A DNA stretch of 51,274 bases, counting the filler, from Squatina squatina (taxonomy: Eukaryota): NCBI GenBank assembly GCA_031763465.1. It is 3 parts of 2 records of this genome, joined end to end, with 100 filler letters (N's around TTAATTAATTAA, not from the genome) between each part and the next. Parts side by side here need not be neighbours in the genome. Positions count along the whole stretch, not along the records: positions 35,296 to 51,274 come from JARFOE010000046.1; 2 more parts are not named here. One strand, 5' to 3'. A program made the translations under genes and the position numbers. Shown piece after piece: positions 47,713 to 51,274 of this stretch. Position 1 is the stretch's first letter. Every line of letters starts with the position of its first letter. The notes below the pieces were generated by a model. It did no database searches. It worked only from the letters and a program-made list of their open reading frames with translations, and was not told the origin of the DNA.

Positions 47713-50700
47713 TATCACTTGTACCTCAAATAGTGCAAGCACTCTTACCTGCCAATGAAGGCATTATGCACCTGCCAGGGTAGAGCTTTTTGACATGCTC
47801 ATGAGAAAACACAAATTGCATGATGAGGTAGTTATATCCATAGGCTTAAGAGTTGTGGGCGTGAGCCTGTTGGGCTACAGTTGTTCCCTCTGTGACTCCC
47901 CTGGCATATGAAAAAAATGCAAATTGCAGCTGTGCTGTTACTGGTTGTCCATGGGGATGGAAATCATTTGGCTGGCTTTTGTGAACAGTCTCGCAATCAC
48001 TTGTATGTAGATCTGTAGACAATAGACTGGCAGATGTGTGTCTGGAAGATACTTACTTGTAAAATTTGAGCTATGTTCACCTTCATTGCCACCGCTAGTG
48101 TGGTACTTGTGCTGGAGCTTGGATGCAAATATGTCTCAAACATGTGGTTCAACTTTGTCACCCTCTCTCTGCCGAAGTGCAGTCTCCTGAGATACTAATC
48201 CCCAAATATACTGAGGTATAATTGCTTTGCTCAATAAATACAGCTTGGGATAAGTTAATGGTGCAGCAGTTGCATCTTTGGTGCAACCTGACCTGCATGC
48301 TCTCTTCTTCCTTCAGATAAGAAAACTACAAGGTTTCTCTAAAGCAGACAAATGAAAAACAACCTGCATATAAACACTTTCCAAATTAGTTCAGACCTGT
48401 CACATTGGGGAATGCAGATTTAAGTCTACAACGCTTCAGATTTTTGGACATCACTTTCAATGGTCATCACTTGCACCCAGCGTATTTCCCATGAAAAACA
48501 CAAGGTATGAGTCCTGCCCCCAACAGCTCATTACACTGCTTATTTTAAAATTTAAATCAACATCTTGACAGATTTTTGGCTGAGCACCAAATTCATGCTT
48601 GACCAGAAGCTGTGTGAAATGGGCACGGAATCAATGTTACTGATCTCTGCCTATGTTTTCATTCATACCCCCCGCTGACTTTATGCTGTCAATGGTGGTG
48701 TAAAACAAAAGATTCCTCTGTCTTAAAATTATGACTAATTCATTATAGATTTATAATTAAGGTTGAGTGGGTAAATAATATAAAGATATCTTAAAGTTCA
48801 TAATATCTTTGCTAAAGAAATTTTTCAATTTCAAATCTTTTTTCAATGAGAACTTTAGATTATATTGCATGGCATTACAAAGTTGCAAATTAATTGGATT
48901 TAAAAACAAACCGGGGTAGATTTTCAACTTCTGCACTCCCCGGTCTGTAATTGGAATGAATAAGCCAAAATTGTGAGCTGGGATGTGCAGAAATGGAAAA
49001 TTCCTAATTAAAGACTTTCATCTGAAGTATATTTTGGAGAATTGGGGCATTATGTTCATTTTTTATATCCTTTGGCTTTGTGGTAACATTGCATTTTGCT
49101 CCACTGGTTGCATGTATTACATTTTCACACTCGATGTATCACATGGCCAATTTCATATGCCACAGCAAGGTGGTGCACCTAACAGTTAATTTAATCCATA
49201 TGTCTGACTTCATACAGCAAGTTATTTAGTTAGTATCAATTACCTGCTGCGTTAAAGATTAATGTTTTACATGGCTGCGTACCCAGGAGCTGCTGTTAAA
49301 TTACAACTGTGTCTGTAAGATAGGTATTTAAAAATAGTTAACGACCTCCTGTTTTCCAACACGAGACTCAGAAAATGAGAACACTCCCAAAGGATCTTCA
49401 AAAAGCAAGTCCATATCGCAAAATAAAATGATACTGAATTGCAGATTGAAATTAAATAAAATAATTCCGTAATATGTACTTGAAGAAGCTAAAAGAAAAT
49501 TTAGTGTGCTATACCCCCAGGAAGACAAAATTCTTGGAGGCATGGCAGTCCAATCCTCTTGAAACGAATAAAACTAGGAGTGCAGAACTCACTTAACTGA
49601 CTGTGAGCTTCGTGTATCTGTTGCATTTGCTGGCATGAATCATGTGGTCTTGACACCAAAAGGAATTATTGCTTAGTACAAGTGCTCTATGCATCACCCT
49701 TCTGTGAGAGTTATGTGCTTGTTATATTCTTTTATACTAGAATGGATTTGGTGCTTTAGTTACCTTTCATGTCAAAGCTCTACTGGCATCAGTCACTCTG
49801 ATCCAGTAAGTAATATCATATGCTGTGTTACTGAGGGAAGTTGATAACTACATCTGCTTCTCTCNNNNNNNNNNNNNNNNNNNNNNNNNNNNNNNNNNNN
49901 NNNNNNNNNNNNNNNNNNNNNNNNNNNNNNNNNNNNNNNNNNNNNNNNNNNNNNNNNNNNNNNNGTCGGACAAGAAAGGGATATTGTTGTCTTTTTAACT
50001 TCTAAAAAAAATCTCCACAGGATTAGGACCTGGCAAACATTGTTCATTTCCACTCTTCAAAAAACCTTTCAAATCCTGGATGTCAAAGAACCCAGCAGAG
50101 TGTGAATGAGTTCAAAAAGCTCCATTTTGGTCCAATAAGAAAATACAGTATTTAGGATAATGGCTCACAATTGTAAACCAAGAGACACATTCAGCCAAGA
50201 AATAAATTACCTAATAGCTGTTAATGGTTGTAAGTAAAATTTCCCTCTAATATGTCTTTACTGTTGAACATTAATTACATATTAATTCAGTGTTGTTTAA
50301 TCACTTTCTTATGTCAGAGTTTGCACTGGCACAATGGGCTAAATATCCTCCTTCTGTACCCGAATTTCTATGACTCCATGATTTTAACATATTTTCAGGA
50401 TAGAATTTCTTTCTGACATTGTACATCAGCTACAGTGGGTCTAGCTAAGGGCTTTTGAACAATGCTCTTTGTTATAAACGTGGTCTAGCTAAGGGCTTCT
50501 TAACCTTTAGATTTCCAGCAGGTTCAGGGAAACTCTTTTTTTCCTAGGCTGACCAATTCCAGTTATTTTCAGTTCATTCACTTTTGATGCAGTAAGAAAT
50601 AATAATATTACATAATATAGCTATTCAAACATTAGGACTAGCTTTACTATTGTAACAATAACTCTAAATTAAATACAATTTTACTTAAAAAATAAAAAAA

Positions 50701-50749
50701 TTAAATTTTAGCTGGCTCATAATGTTGTCCTTTTCTCTTTTCTCTTTTT

Positions 50750-50872
50750 GGTAGCCATACTTTCCTATATAACTACAGTGATTACACTTCATAAGTAATT
50801 CATTGGCTATCAAGTGCATTAGGACATCCTGAGGTTGTGAAAGCACGAAGAAAATGTGAATACTTTCTTTCT
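50750..50872 (+). mobile_element. Deu-SINE 3' tail fragment
   Basis: tttcctatataactacagtgattacacttcataagtaattcattggct...ggacatcctgaggttgtgaaag. A similar fragment lies near 40960-41085. Confidence 0.7.
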
Positions 50873-51274
50873 TCACAATTCTTGTTGTCTTTTTTATTGT
50901 TTTAACTTTATTTTTACTCTTATGCTAACTAACCAGCCATCCTTGGCTGAAAACTGGCTTTACAAGAGTGACTACGGGCACCCACTTGGTCTGCCCTAAA
51001 TTTTAAACGTTAGTGGACCAAAATCTATCATTTTAGCACCCGTTTTGAACCATTCGCAGAATTCGGGTCTTTGACAAATTTTTTTGGGCAGCTTAAAAAC
51101 TGGTGCAGAAATCAGTGCTAATGGGTCCCTAATCAGCACTAATGGAATTTAGCTGCTTTCAGCGGGCCAATTCAGCAACCAATCTCAGGAGCTGCACTCA
51201 TGTGTCAGGCCACCTCAGCCCTTAAAGGGGCTCGTTCTGGAGACACAAGCACTGCTTAGGTCAGTCAAATCATA

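Noticed and set aside
50436-50500. Direct repeat ggtctagctaagggctt x2
   Set aside because: Two copies only; a simple local duplication.

Overview
Eukaryotic (vertebrate) genomic DNA, most likely from a cartilaginous fish, judged by Deu-domain SINEs of the SacSINE1 type, shark-type CR1 LINEs and Harbinger elements. The assembly is gappy, with many 100-N gaps. Two identical artificial linkers (44 N + TTAATTAATTAA + 44 N, at 15789-15888 and 35196-35295) cut the window into three blocks that may not be true neighbours. Block A (1-15788) holds coding exons 1-4 of LHX6 and the last coding exon of RBM18, both on the minus strand, the same neighbourhood as in human. LHX6 intron 1 carries a dense NKX2/DLX/PBX-MEIS site cluster that includes GCTCTTGAAGTA, which I recall as the mouse Lhx6 NKX2-1 site. 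Block B (15889-35195) holds five plus-strand exons of the HECT E3 ligase HECTD2. An intact minus-strand SRCR-domain exon lies only 147 bp from one of them, implying an unidentified antisense gene interleaved with HECTD2. Block B also has Harbinger, CR1, L2, L1 and Penelope-like fragments. Block C (35296-51274) has no exon I can recognise, only repeats, hairpins and CNE-like sequence. Gene identities come from manual translation and recalled human protein sequences; no database search was run. Most entries in the ORF track are spurious.
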